Below the pieces are notes generated by a model that was not told the origin of the DNA, made no database searches, and was given only the letters and a program-made list of their open reading frames with translations. Below, one piece after another: positions 18,080 to 27,827 of a DNA stretch of 64,000 bases. Both the position numbers and the translations under genes were made by a program. Source of the DNA: a bacterium (GTDB taxonomy: Bacteria > Patescibacteriota > Minisyncoccia > Phycocordibacterales > JAKAEA01); the NCBI GenBank assembly GCA_021818465.1, contig JAKAEA010000001.1:105972-169971 (forward strand), in the 5' to 3' direction. Positions within the stretch are counted from its first letter, which is position 1; every line of letters begins with the position of its first letter.

Positions 18080-19541
18080 ATCTTATAAAATGTTTTTTAT
18101 GGATATTGCCAATCTCCTTCTGTTCTTCTTGAGCAGCCTTATCTTTCGCTTTTTTATCAAGATCGAGTAGTTCTTTTTCGTTCAACTGCTGTAATTCCTT
18201 TGCTCTAGTATTCAAGTATTCTGCAGTATTTAATGTGGGGTTTTCTAATACTTCTTCCAGAAGAATACGCAAAATAAAGCCTATTTTAGGCCCCGGTTTC
18301 TCTCCGGTCATCTCCATAATTTTACGACCATCAACCTTAAGCATTCCGACAGATATTGGGTCACGCAATACCTCATCAATCATTGCGTGGTATTTACGTA
18401 ATCGATAGGGATTCTCTTTGGGGCGGCCGGTACCAATGCGATCAGCCGCACGAACATCCATTAAGCTCCAAATATTTTCCTTTCCAACACGAGTTACTAT
18501 TCGACGTACTGCTGAATGTGTCAGTGTCTCGGTATCAGCAAAAAACATGTGCCAGCGAACAAGTTTCGTTACTTTTTCAGAAATTTTTTTAGGAAATTTT
18601 AAATCAGTAAGAATTTTTTGTGTCATTCGCGCACCCACAACTTCATGTCCATAAAAAGTCCATTTAGTCTCCCCTTTTTTTCTGGTTACTGGCTTCCCTA
18701 TGTCGTGGAAAAGTGCCGCAAGACGAATTTCCAGTGGCCAACCCCTGTCGGCTGTGTGTTGCAGTGAGCGAAGTAAATGTTCCCAGACATCGTATGTGTG
18801 TATCCCCCCTTGATCAATACCAATACCTTTCTCTAGTTCTAAAGAAATAAATCGTAAAATACCAACTTTATGAGCAATTTCCAATCCCCTTTTAGGTTTG
18901 TCAGACATAAGTATTTTGATAAATTCATCACGAATTCTTTCTTTAGAAATTTTTTCGAGCAATTGGGAATTATTAAGAATCGCTTCTTCAGTATTTTTTT
19001 CCATAACAAAATCGAGTTCTGCGCAAAAACGGATAGCCCGAAGCATTCGTAAAGCATCTTCTGAAAAACGATCAGTCGGTTTCCCAACAGTCCTGATGGT
19101 TTTATTTTTTATATCATCTTGCCCGTGATATGGGTCACGAATATTTCCTCGTATATCCAAAGCCATTGCGTTAATCGTGAAATCTCGTCTTTGCAGGTCA
19201 TCATTAAGATTTTCCGCAAATGTTACCGTTTCGGGGTGTCTATTGTCAGTATATCCGCCTTCAATTCTATATGGAGTAACCTCGACTATTTTTAATGTTT
19301 CATCAGAAACATCATCATTAACTACCGCTACCGTACCATAAGTGTTTTCATAGAATGTATGAGGAAAAAGTTTTTGAATTTTTTCAGGATGCGCATTTGT
19401 TGTAATATCCCAATCTTTTGGTTTTTGATCGTACAAAAGATCGCGAACGCACCCTCCTACAAGATAAGCCTCAAAACCAGCGTTTTCTAGGGTTTGGGTA
19501 ATATGTAAAACTATATGGGGTATTTTTTTAATAATTGACAT
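18078..19541 (-). CDS. cca: CCA-adding tRNA nucleotidyltransferase / poly(A) polymerase family with HD domain
   Basis: 487 aa. GGCVRDLL and DhD nucleotidyltransferase motifs. HD domain with HDIGK. Confidence 0.85.
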   Translation of the reverse strand: MSIIKKIPHIVLHITQTLENAGFEAYLVGGCVRDLLYDQKPKDWDITTNAHPEKIQKLFPHTFYENTYGTVAVVNDDVSDETLKIVEVTPYRIEGGYTDNRHPETVTFAENLNDDLQRRDFTINAMALDIRGNIRDPYHGQDDIKNKTIRTVGKPTDRFSEDALRMLRAIRFCAELDFVMEKNTEEAILNNSQLLEKISKERIRDEFIKILMSDKPKRGLEIAHKVGILRFISLELEKGIGIDQGGIHTYDVWEHLLRSLQHTADRGWPLEIRLAALFHDIGKPVTRKKGETKWTFYGHEVVGARMTQKILTDLKFPKKISEKVTKLVRWHMFFADTETLTHSAVRRIVTRVGKENIWSLMDVRAADRIGTGRPKENPYRLRKYHAMIDEVLRDPISVGMLKVDGRKIMEMTGEKPGPKIGFILRILLEEVLENPTLNTAEYLNTRAKELQQLNEKELLDLDKKAKDKAAQEEQKEIGNIHKKHFIR

Positions 19542-19618
19542 ATTTATCTATATTATGCATTATTTTTTGCTTTTTATCTAGTAACAACGTATCATTTGGT
19601 GGTTCTTGAATTAAAATT

Positions 19619-19691
19619 GCGCCCGTAGCTCAATGGATAGAGCACTTGGCTTCGAACCAAGGGGTTGTGGGTTCAAATCCTGCCGGGCGCA
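19619..19691 (+). tRNA. tRNA-Arg(TCG)
   Basis: Cloverleaf read by eye. Acceptor stem GCGCCCG/CGGGCGC, D-stem GCTC/GAGC, anticodon stem CTTGG/CCAAG with loop CTTCGAA, T-arm GTGGG-TTCAAAT-CCTGC. No CCA is encoded. Confidence 0.85.
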
Positions 19692-19787
19692 CACACATTT
19701 CCTTTTATTGTTAATGATTTCTAGTATATATTGGAAAAAAAGTTTTTTGATGTATAATATCTTACTTAGTTACAGGATTAGTATTCA

Positions 19788-19861
19788 GCGGGTATGGTTT
19801 AGTGGCAGAACACGTCCTTGCCAAGGATGAGACGCGAGTTCGATTCTCGCTACCCGCACCA
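19788..19861 (+). tRNA. tRNA-Gly(GCC)
   Basis: Acceptor stem GCGGGTA/TACCCGC, anticodon stem CGTCC/GGATG with loop TTGCCAA, T-arm GCGAG-TTCGATT-CTCGC. CCA is encoded. Confidence 0.85.
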
Positions 19862-20168
19862 ATTTTCTCCCCTAATAAATAAATTGTCTTTTATTAAAAA
19901 CTATAAAAATAACGTCTTTTATTGATAAATTTCTAATTTATATTAAAAAATAAATAGACTTTAAATTCTTCGAAGAATAAAAACTGTTAATAAGTATGGG
20001 GATATGTGTATAAAGGACACTAAAAAGACTTATTTATACATAAAAATAAAGAAACAATCAAAAACGTTTATAAAGGTATCACGTGAAACTTTTATATAAA
20101 ATGTTACTTATGTAACATTTTATATTTTATTAAATAATATTTTATATGCTTTACTGTATCTTATTTTA

Positions 20169-20564
20169 ATGAGAACAATAAAAAGAAAGCTCGGTGATCT
20201 AGGTGAATCTTTAGCTTGTAGATTACTTGTTAAAAATGGTTTTAAAATAATAGAAAGAAATTTTTTAAGGCAATGTGGAGAAATAGATATAATTTCTTCA
20301 AAGAAAAATATAATTTATTTTGTTGAGGTAAAGACTGTTACACGTAAAACAAATATAATATATAAAAAGAGATGGGGAGAACATATTTCTGAAGAAAATG
20401 TTGGATTTTTAAAGAAAAGTCGGCTTAGAAAAGTAGTAAGTCTTTATTTAAAAGAAAATAAAATAAATAAAGATTGGAAATTTATGGTTATATCAGTTTA
20501 TGTGGAAAAATTGAATAATGAAAAACTCAGGATAAAATACAATGTCCTTTATGATGTCCTTTAG
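20169..20564 (+). CDS. YraN/UPF0102-family predicted endonuclease, in a ~22% GC island
   Basis: 131 aa. GESLACRLLVKNGFKIIERNFLRQCGEIDIISSKKNIIYFVEVKT matches the YraN core (GE..A...L...G..I..RN.R...GEIDlI......vFVEVK). Its codon usage is very AT-rich compared with neighbouring genes. Confidence 0.7.
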   Translation: MRTIKRKLGDLGESLACRLLVKNGFKIIERNFLRQCGEIDIISSKKNIIYFVEVKTVTRKTNIIYKKRWGEHISEENVGFLKKSRLRKVVSLYLKENKINKDWKFMVISVYVEKLNNEKLRIKYNVLYDVL

Positions 20565-20654
20565 AATACAAACAAAATATAAATGTCCTTTATGTGTCTT
20601 TTATAAATAATCTCTTTATAAAAAAGATTTTTTGTGTTACTATCTCTTCTTAAT

Positions 20655-20727
20655 CGGAGTGTGGTGTAACGGCTAACATGCCTGCTTTGGGAGCAGGTGA
20701 CTCCGGGTTCGAATCCCGGCACTCCGA
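20655..20727 (+). tRNA. tRNA-Pro(TGG)
   Basis: Acceptor stem CGGAGTG/CACTCCG, U8, anticodon stem CCTGC/GCAGG with loop TTTGGGA (G37), T-arm CCGGG-TTCGAAT-CCCGG, discriminator A. No CCA is encoded. Confidence 0.8.
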
Positions 20728-20741
20728 CTCGTTTTAATACA

Positions 20742-21029
20742 ATGAGTTCCACATTTACTAAAAAAATTGAAGATTTTACATGTGAAAACTGTGGTACTGT
20801 GGTTTATGGAAATGGTTTTACTAACCATTGTTCAAATTGTTTATGGTCAAAACACGTTGATGTTAACCCAGGAGATCGGGCTTGTCTCTGTGAAGGACTT
20901 ATGGAGCCAATAGAAAGTATTTTAAAGAAGCAAGAATATTTTGTAAAACAAAAATGTCTAAAATGCGGATTTTTTAGAGTTAATAGTCTAGGGAAAAATG
21001 ATAATTTTTCGGTTCTTTTAAATCTTTAA
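20742..21029 (+). CDS. Small zinc-ribbon protein (2x CxxC pairs; TNHCSNC motif reminiscent of the RNHCP domain)
   Basis: Start taken at the internal ATG 20742 (MSSTFTKKIEDFTCENCG...), because the track ORF at 20697 begins inside tRNA-Pro. Cys pairs CENC, CSNC, CLC and CLKC. Confidence 0.45.
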   Translation: MSSTFTKKIEDFTCENCGTVVYGNGFTNHCSNCLWSKHVDVNPGDRACLCEGLMEPIESILKKQEYFVKQKCLKCGFFRVNSLGKNDNFSVLLNL

Positions 21030-21088
21030 TGTTTGATTTTATGAGAAAAAATTAGTAGGGTAGTCAAGTTATAGTAAAATAGAACGAT

Positions 21089-21159
21089 GCGGGCATAGTT
21101 TAGTGGTCGAATGACTGCCTTCCAAGCAGTAGACGCGAGTTCGATTCTCGCTGCCCGCA
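21089..21159 (+). tRNA. tRNA-Gly(TCC)
   Basis: Acceptor stem GCGGGCA/TGCCCGC, anticodon stem ACTGC/GCAGT with loop CTTCCAA, T-arm GCGAG-TTCGATT-CTCGC. No CCA is encoded. Confidence 0.85.
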
Positions 21160-21286
21160 CATTTAGAAACAGTAATACGAAATTTTCGATATTGATTAAC
21201 TAAAGTGTGCAGTTGTTCTAATTTCTATTTTCAGATATATACGGGGTGTTTTAAAGAAAGTATATCTTTATTTTATTTTTTTACAT

Positions 21287-21315
21287 TAAAAAACCACCTT
21301 CAAGGTGGTTTTTTA
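21287..21315. terminator. Bidirectional intrinsic terminator aaaaaaCCACCTTcaAGGTGGtttttt, 3' of hup
   Basis: Perfect 7-bp stem flanked by A6 and T6, 18 nt downstream of the HU stop on the minus strand. Confidence 0.6.
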
Positions 21316-21332
21316 ATGTAATACAGGAATCG

Positions 21333-21605
21333 CTATTTTACAGCTTCCTTAAGGGCCTTAGCGGCGCGGAATTTAGGAACACGCATAGCTGGGACATCAA
21401 CCATTTCGCCGGTGCGTGGATTGCGAGCCTTACGAGCGGCGCGCTGTTTGACGGAGAAGATACCGAGGCCAGCGATAGAAACCTCATTATTTTTTTTGAG
21501 AGAATCAACAATGGAGTTGATCATTGTGTCTACCGCTTCTTCTGCTTGGGTTTTGGTGCCACCAAGTTTTACGTGCACTGCATCTACGATACTTGCTTTA
21601 TTCAT
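21333..21605 (-). CDS. hup: DNA-binding protein HU
   Basis: 90 aa. MNKASIVDAV...GLGIFSVKQRAARKARNPRTGE is the HU/IHF signature. Confidence 0.9.
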   Translation of the reverse strand: MNKASIVDAVHVKLGGTKTQAEEAVDTMINSIVDSLKKNNEVSIAGLGIFSVKQRAARKARNPRTGEMVDVPAMRVPKFRAAKALKEAVK

Positions 21606-21722
21606 AGTACGTATAATTAATTGTTAATTAGCGACCTGAGTCGTTGTACACATTATATAATAGGCCGTATTTTAGTGATAGTAGTAAAAAATTACAAAAC
21701 GAAATTTTTATTTTAGCAAATT

Positions 21723-23252
21723 TTATCGAGCGAATTCGATAATTCTGCTTTCTCGAATGACGACAACTTTAATTTCTCCTGGATATTTTAATTCTTTTTC
21801 TATCTGCAGAGCTATATCTCTAGCTATTTTTTGTGCTTCAACGTCAGAAACTTCAGTAGGCGTTACAAAGACTCTGATTTCTCGGCCAGCTTGGAGAGCA
21901 TATGCTTTGTCTACGCCTTTCATTGATGTGGCAATAGATTCTAATTCTTCTAAACGTTTGAGATAATTTTCCATAGTGTCGCGACGTGCTCCTGGACGAG
22001 AACCTGAAATAGCATCAGCAACTTGTACGATAATGGACTCAATCGTTTCAAAGGGGTACTCACCGTGATGAGCCTGCATCGCTTTTATGATAGATTCATC
22101 AACACCGAATTTTTGAAGAATCCGACGACCAATTTCTACATGTGTGCCCTGGACTTCGTGATCGAGAGCTTTGCCGATGTCGTGTAAGAGGGCGCCGGCT
22201 TTGGCAATAGCTACATTAGCACCGAGTTCTTCGGCAATCATCCCGGCAATATGAGCCATTTCTACGGAATGCTGTAATACATTTTGTCCATAGCTGGTGC
22301 GAAAATATAGACGACCAAGTATGGCGATGATTCTAGGATCAAGATTAAAAACACCGCATTCATAAGCCGCTTGCTCGCCTTTTTCTTTAATAGTTTTATT
22401 AATTTCACTTTTGGCTTTTTCAACCATCTCTTCTATTTTTGCTGGTTGAATGCGACCGTCGGCAATAAGATATTCCAAAGCCATTACGGCAGTATGACGG
22501 CGAATGGGGTTAAATGACGAGATGGTGATGGTTCCTGGCGTATCATCAACAATCACTTCAACACCGGTCGCACGCTCAAATGCCTTGATATTTCGGCCTT
22601 CTTTACCAATGATTTTACCTTTGATTTCATCACCTGGAATAGCAAGGGTTGTAGACATAATTTCAGCGGGAATGGTGCTACCGATGCGTTGAATAGCAGA
22701 AGCAATTATTTCTTGAGCTCGTCGTTCAATTTTTTCTTCGCTCTGTTTCTCGAGTTTTTGCATACGTACAAGTAAATCTTCTTGTGCGTTTTGTTCCATT
22801 TTTGTCAGGAGTTCGTTTCGCGCTTCTTCACGGCTCATAGCGCCAACTTTTTCCAACTCAGTAATTTTTTGTTGATATATAGCCTCGGTTTTTTCTTGAA
22901 TGGTCTTTATTTCATTGACTTTGTTTTTTATATTTTCAACTTCAGTATCAATATCGCTTTGACGCTTATCAAGGAGCTCCTCTTTTTTTACCAAGCGTTC
23001 CTCGGCTTTTTTCAAATTTTCTTCCTTTTCTTTTATTTCGCCCCTTACTTCACGTAAGGTGTCAATTGACTTTTTTTCTGCTTCGGCACTGATTTTTTTG
23101 GCCTCTTCCTGGGCATTAGAGAGTAAACGTTTCGTCTCCAGTTCTATAGAATTTCTTCGTGATAGCGATATGAAGATACGGCCAACGTAGCCAACTACAG
23201 CTCCAATAACAGCAGTAGCCGCGGCAACCCCCACAATTAATTGTAATGACAT
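21723..23252 (-). CDS. rny: Ribonuclease Y
   Basis: 509 aa. N-terminal TM helix, coiled-coil, KH domain (IGKEGRNIKAFE) and HD domain (HDIGKALDHE). Confidence 0.9.
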   Translation of the reverse strand: MSLQLIVGVAAATAVIGAVVGYVGRIFISLSRRNSIELETKRLLSNAQEEAKKISAEAEKKSIDTLREVRGEIKEKEENLKKAEERLVKKEELLDKRQSDIDTEVENIKNKVNEIKTIQEKTEAIYQQKITELEKVGAMSREEARNELLTKMEQNAQEDLLVRMQKLEKQSEEKIERRAQEIIASAIQRIGSTIPAEIMSTTLAIPGDEIKGKIIGKEGRNIKAFERATGVEVIVDDTPGTITISSFNPIRRHTAVMALEYLIADGRIQPAKIEEMVEKAKSEINKTIKEKGEQAAYECGVFNLDPRIIAILGRLYFRTSYGQNVLQHSVEMAHIAGMIAEELGANVAIAKAGALLHDIGKALDHEVQGTHVEIGRRILQKFGVDESIIKAMQAHHGEYPFETIESIIVQVADAISGSRPGARRDTMENYLKRLEELESIATSMKGVDKAYALQAGREIRVFVTPTEVSDVEAQKIARDIALQIEKELKYPGEIKVVVIRESRIIEFAR

Positions 23253-23477
23253 ACATCGAGACCCGCTTCAGTTCGTGCTCGCTTGGCGTTGCTCATGATT
23301 CACATACTCAGATAAAAAAGCATTTGGATAGGTAATGTGATGAACGGAATTAACAAGATAGGACAGGAAATGAAATCGGGTAATTATCTTTAGTAATAAA
23401 AATATTGTAAAGGAAAAAAACAATTTTGTCCAGACACTACCAAAATAGGCGTACTGAGTTGTACGAGTTGGTTTACA

Positions 23478-24083
23478 CTAGATAATTTTGTCTACGATGC
23501 CATACTTTTTAGCATCATCAGCGGCCATAAAGTAATCACGATCGACATCTTTTTCTATTTTAGAAAGTGGCTGACCGGTATTTTCAGCGAGGATTTTATT
23601 GAGTCGTTCACGGGTACGTAAAATTTGTTTAGCAGTTATTTCAATATCAGCGGCGCGTCCTTCGGCACCACCCCATGGTTGGTGAATCATAACTTCAGCA
23701 TTAGGTAAAATAAGGCGTTTTCCTTTTTGGCCAGCAGAGAGGAGTAGTGCACCCGCGGAAGCGGCAATGCCAACACACACCGTAGAAACTTCCGGTTTAA
23801 TATGATTCATGGTGTCGAGAATGGCAAGTGCCGAGGTTACTGATCCACCAGGTGAATTAATATAGAGAGAAATATCTTTTTTTGAATCTTCTGATTGGAG
23901 AAACAAAAGCTCGGCGATAATAATGTTTGCAACGTGGTCATCAATGGGACCGCCGAGAAAAATGATTCTTTCACGGAGCAGGCGAGAGTAGATGTCGTAT
24001 GCACGCTCACCAAACTGAGACTTTTCTATAACCGTTGGAATGAGAACTTGGCTGTTGATTTGATGTAATTTTTCTGATTTCAT
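23478..24083 (-). CDS. clpP: ATP-dependent Clp protease proteolytic subunit
   Basis: 201 aa. [11 protein letters not shown] (active-site Ser region) and MIHQP (catalytic His). Confidence 0.95.
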   Translation of the reverse strand: MKSEKLHQINSQVLIPTVIEKSQFGERAYDIYSRLLRERIIFLGGPIDDHVANIIIAELLFLQSEDSKKDISLYINSPGGSVTSALAILDTMNHIKPEVSTVCVGIAASAGALLLSAGQKGKRLILPNAEVMIHQPWGGAEGRAADIEITAKQILRTRERLNKILAENTGQPLSKIEKDVDRDYFMAADDAKKYGIVDKII

Positions 24084-24123
24084 AGGTGTATGTATATTAT
24101 CATGAACTTAAAAAATAGCTACA

Positions 24124-24855
24124 ATGCGACTTCATCGTTTTTACATTGATGCAGGGGAAAATATTGATTTTTTTTCAGTTGGTAAAACGTTTTCAGTAAT
24201 TTCGCCGGCACATATACATCAATGGAGAGATGTGTTTCGTTTCAAAACGGGAGATGAAATTATTGTTTTTTCTAGCATAAACCCTCATCAATACAAAGCA
24301 CGCTTCATTGAGCTTTTGAGAAATACGGCCAGTTTGGAGATTGTAGAAAAATTGCCGGCTATTGCTGGGCCACTACGAGAAATTACTCTCTATACAGCTC
24401 TCATAAAAAAAGAACGCTATGAGTGGATGGTAGAAAAAGCAACAGAAATCGGGGTTGCACATTTTTGTCCGCTACTCAGTGAGCGAAGCGAAATTAAAAA
24501 TATAAAAAGCGACCGAATTAAAAAAATTATTATTGAAGCGACTGAACAGTCTGGTTGGTCTACTGTACCAACATTTCATGAGCCAATAACCCTTGCGACG
24601 GCCCTACAACAAGCAAAAAATCCAATTGTGTGTGACGTTACCGAACCTGTTTCTTTTGAAAAAAATAATGCAATAGGTACTACGTCGGATATTTTTATTG
24701 GACCCGAAGGAGGGTGGTCATTAGAAGAAAGGGAGCTATTTAATAAACATGGAGTACCAAAAATTTCATTGGGTCACCAAACACTACGAGCAGAAACAGC
24801 AGCTATCGCGGTGGCCTCACTTATTCTTTTAATGCCGGTGTTTCCAAAAATATAA
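24124..24855 (+). CDS. rsmE: 16S rRNA (uracil1498-N3)-methyltransferase RsmE
   Basis: 243 aa. MRLHRFYI... N-terminus and PUA-like plus SPOUT fold organisation typical of RsmE. Confidence 0.75.
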   Translation: MRLHRFYIDAGENIDFFSVGKTFSVISPAHIHQWRDVFRFKTGDEIIVFSSINPHQYKARFIELLRNTASLEIVEKLPAIAGPLREITLYTALIKKERYEWMVEKATEIGVAHFCPLLSERSEIKNIKSDRIKKIIIEATEQSGWSTVPTFHEPITLATALQQAKNPIVCDVTEPVSFEKNNAIGTTSDIFIGPEGGWSLEERELFNKHGVPKISLGHQTLRAETAAIAVASLILLMPVFPKI

Positions 24856-25915
24856 TAGTTTTTTCCAACGTCATAATGCGATTAACGTAGCTCTCAATTT
24901 GGGCCGTGTTTAAATCAGCGTATTGGTTTTTTAATCGACGTACCTCCTGTTCAATTTCCGCAGATGAAGGACGCAAATTTTCTTTAACGGCGATTTCTTC
25001 AAGAATAAGATCGATTCGTGCTCGTTTTTCGGCTTCAGGCAGCCATTCTTTTTGGATATCTTCACGTGTTTTTTTAATATGGGTGAGATAGGTATCAACA
25101 GTGAGACCAAGACGACGAACATCATCTTCAAATTGTCCAAGCATCCGATTGAGTTCGTAGTCGATAAGTGGTTGGGGAACAGGAAATTTTGTTTGTGATA
25201 CTAATTTTTCTAAAATTTTTGCTCGTCGTTTCTCAAGGGCGCGATACTCTTTTTCTCGTAGTAAATTTTCTGTAATTTTTTGGCGGAAATCAGCAACATT
25301 TGTAAAATTACCAAGCGTTGCAACAAAAGTATCGGTAATGTCTAGTTTATATTTTTCTACATCGGCAGCATTATGGTTGTGATTGTTTTCATCGAGAGTC
25401 GTTTTGTTTTGTTTATGAAATTCCTGGTGAGCATGATTGTTGCGGATCTGTTCAATAACATCGTCTATTTCTTTGTTACTGACCACTATTTTTTCTCGCT
25501 CAGCTTCGTTTTTACTAGCAGCAATTTCCTCAGCAGCAATTTTTTTATAATCAGGAAGATCAAACAAGGGGCGAATAGCTACAGTAATAGAAAAATCAAG
25601 AGGATTACCTGGAGCAATTTTGGTAATAGTGATTTTGGGTTGAGCAACATACCGAGGAGCGTGTTGTTCAACGAGTTGGGGTACCACAGTTTGCAACGCT
25701 AATTCTGCGGCGTCTTCAAGAATGGTCATTTCGCCAACTTTTTCCACCAGCACCTTTTCAGGAATGTGTCCTTGTCGAAAGCCGGGAATTTTGGCGTTTT
25801 GGCCGATTTTTTCAAGAGCTTTCTGTCGGAATGATGTAAGTGTGGCTGTGGGAATTGTGCCAGTAATTTCTACTTGAGAATTTTCTTTGGGTGTAACGGT
25901 AATATTTTCGTACAT
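24821..25915 (-). CDS. tig: Trigger factor lacking the central PPIase (FKBP) domain
   Basis: 364 aa. N-terminal ribosome-binding signature GFRQGHIP. The C-terminal arm domain is present. A His/Asn-rich linker (IRNNHAHQEFHKQNKTTLDENNHNHN) sits where the FKBP domain would be. Confidence 0.8.
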   Translation of the reverse strand: MYENITVTPKENSQVEITGTIPTATLTSFRQKALEKIGQNAKIPGFRQGHIPEKVLVEKVGEMTILEDAAELALQTVVPQLVEQHAPRYVAQPKITITKIAPGNPLDFSITVAIRPLFDLPDYKKIAAEEIAASKNEAEREKIVVSNKEIDDVIEQIRNNHAHQEFHKQNKTTLDENNHNHNAADVEKYKLDITDTFVATLGNFTNVADFRQKITENLLREKEYRALEKRRAKILEKLVSQTKFPVPQPLIDYELNRMLGQFEDDVRRLGLTVDTYLTHIKKTREDIQKEWLPEAEKRARIDLILEEIAVKENLRPSSAEIEQEVRRLKNQYADLNTAQIESYVNRIMTLEKTIIFLETPALKE

Positions 25916-26485
25916 TTATTTTGAGGGGCTAGTATTGTTGCCAAATTTTTCTTGATAGAGTTTTACACTTCGTTTAATAGCTTTAATTGCTGCGTCTTTA
26001 TTAAGAATTTTATTTACTTTGACCACTGCCGGTTTTCCTTTGAGTTGTTTATATGTTTCGTAAAAATGGGTAAATTCTTTCAAGGAATGTGGATTGAGGT
26101 CCGCCACGTCTTTAACGTGTTCCCAGCGGCGATCTTCAACAGGGACGGTGATGATTTTGTAATCAGATTCTCCGGAGTCAGTGATATCCATAACTGCTAC
26201 TGGTCGAACGGTTACCAAGATACCAGGGAAAAGAGGAAAAGTGGAAAGAATAATGATATCAAGAGGGTCACCGTCGTCCCAAAGTGTCCGTGGAGCTAAA
26301 CCGTAGTCAAACGGAAATGGAGAATAAGAATAATTGGCTCTATCAAGCTTGATTAAACCGCTTTTTTTGTCGATTTCATATTTATTATGGGAACCGTGAG
26401 GAATTTCAACCACAGCATTAAATTCCTCAGGAGCATCGTCTCCAAGAGGGATATCGTGCCAGTAACTCATTGCTGAATGGGACAT
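25916..26485 (-). CDS. ppa: Inorganic pyrophosphatase
   Basis: 189 aa. EIPHGSHNKYE and DGDPLDIIIL active-site motifs. Confidence 0.9.
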   Translation of the reverse strand: MSHSAMSYWHDIPLGDDAPEEFNAVVEIPHGSHNKYEIDKKSGLIKLDRANYSYSPFPFDYGLAPRTLWDDGDPLDIIILSTFPLFPGILVTVRPVAVMDITDSGESDYKIITVPVEDRRWEHVKDVADLNPHSLKEFTHFYETYKQLKGKPAVVKVNKILNKDAAIKAIKRSVKLYQEKFGNNTSPSK

Positions 26486-26513
26486 ATTTTTTTAAATTAT
26501 TTTTTTAATTAAT

Positions 26514-27711
26514 TTATATTTCCGTATGTGTCGGAGCCGCTTTTTCTTTTATTTTAGTATCTGATGTTTCTTCATCAGTTATTCCTAAATTTTCTCCCTC
26601 TACGGATTGAATATCTATACGCCAACCAGTGAGTTTTGCGGCTAAACGGACGTTTTGGCCGCCCTTACCAATAGCAAGTGATTGCTGGTCTTCGGAAACA
26701 GAAACGGTAGCAGTTTTGTTTTCTTCGTTAATTATGACATCGAGAGCGCGAGCAGGGGAAAGCGCTTCTTCAATAAAGTGTTTTGCATTTTCTGACCATT
26801 CAATAATGTCTATTTTTTCACCGCCTAACTCACTTGTGACGGTAGCCACGCGAACACCGCGCTGGCCGACGAGTGAACCGACTGGATCAACGTGGGGGTC
26901 ATTGGAAAATACGGCAATTTTTGAACGAGAACCAGCTTCACGGGCCACACTTTTAACCTCAATAATGCCATTAGCAATTTCCGGAACTTCCATTTCAAAA
27001 AGTTTAATAAGAAATTTAGGGTGAGAACGTGAAAGCCGTAAAAAGATACCGCGTGGCGTCTCTTCAACACGATATAGATATGCCCGCACTCGTTCGCCTT
27101 GACGATAGCGTTCGCCAGGAATTTGTTCCTCGTATGGCAAAATACCACTAGCTCTGCCCATATCAATGAAGATATTGCCGCGCTCGATGCGCTGTACGGT
27201 ACCAGAGACAATCTCGCCTTCTCGTTCACCAAACTCACCAAGGACTGAAATCTTTTCGGCCTCGCGGATTTTTTGAATGATAGTTTGTTTTGCTGTTTGG
27301 GAAGCAATACGGCCAAAATCATCCCGTGTTTCTAAAGGAAAAACAATTTCGTCGCCAATTTTAGCCTCACGCTTTATTTTTTGAGCATCATCTAAAAGAA
27401 TGTGCCGTTCAGGGTTAAAAAGCACTTTTTCCGGTTCATCGTCACGTGTTTCGGGGATCTCTGGTAGGGTTCCATCAGGATTGGGGGTGATAATTTGTTC
27501 GGGATCAACCACGACTTTTACTTGAAAAAAATCGCTTTTCCCGCTATTTAAATCAAACGTGGCCCGCACTATTTGATGTTTTTTTCCATACTCTTTTTTG
27601 TATGCACTTGCCAGCGCAGCTTCAATAGCTTCAAGTATTTTTTCACGCGGTATGCCGCGCTCCTCTTCAAGTTCACTAAGAACAGAATTGATAGTTTTAA
27701 GATCAAACATA
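26514..27711 (-). CDS. nusA: Transcription termination/antitermination factor NusA
   Basis: Start taken at the ATG giving MFDLKTINSVLSELEEERG... N-terminal domain, S1 domain and two KH domains. The track ORF extends to a GTG at 27770, and I could not reconcile that extension with the printed sequence (see rejected notes). Confidence 0.88.
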
Positions 27712-27827
27712 ATTTTTTTAAAAAGAATTCGCCTTGCCGGCGAATTCAGTGATAAACACAGTATACACACATATATAAGATTGTCAACGCATCACCTTTA
27801 GTCGTATAATTAGTTTACTATTGTTCT

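Noticed and set aside
19633-19830. 65-aa ORF spanning the two tRNA genes
   Set aside because: It overlaps tRNA-Arg and tRNA-Gly, whose cloverleaf structures are clear. It is a spurious reading frame.
27712-27770. N-terminal extension of nusA to a GTG at 27770 as given in the ORF track
   Set aside because: The canonical NusA N-terminus (MFDLKTIN...) starts at the ATG near 27711. When I read the printed sequence, the stretch between the GTG and this ATG appears to be out of frame by one nucleotide, with a stop in the ATG frame just upstream. I could not resolve this by eye, so I used the ATG start.
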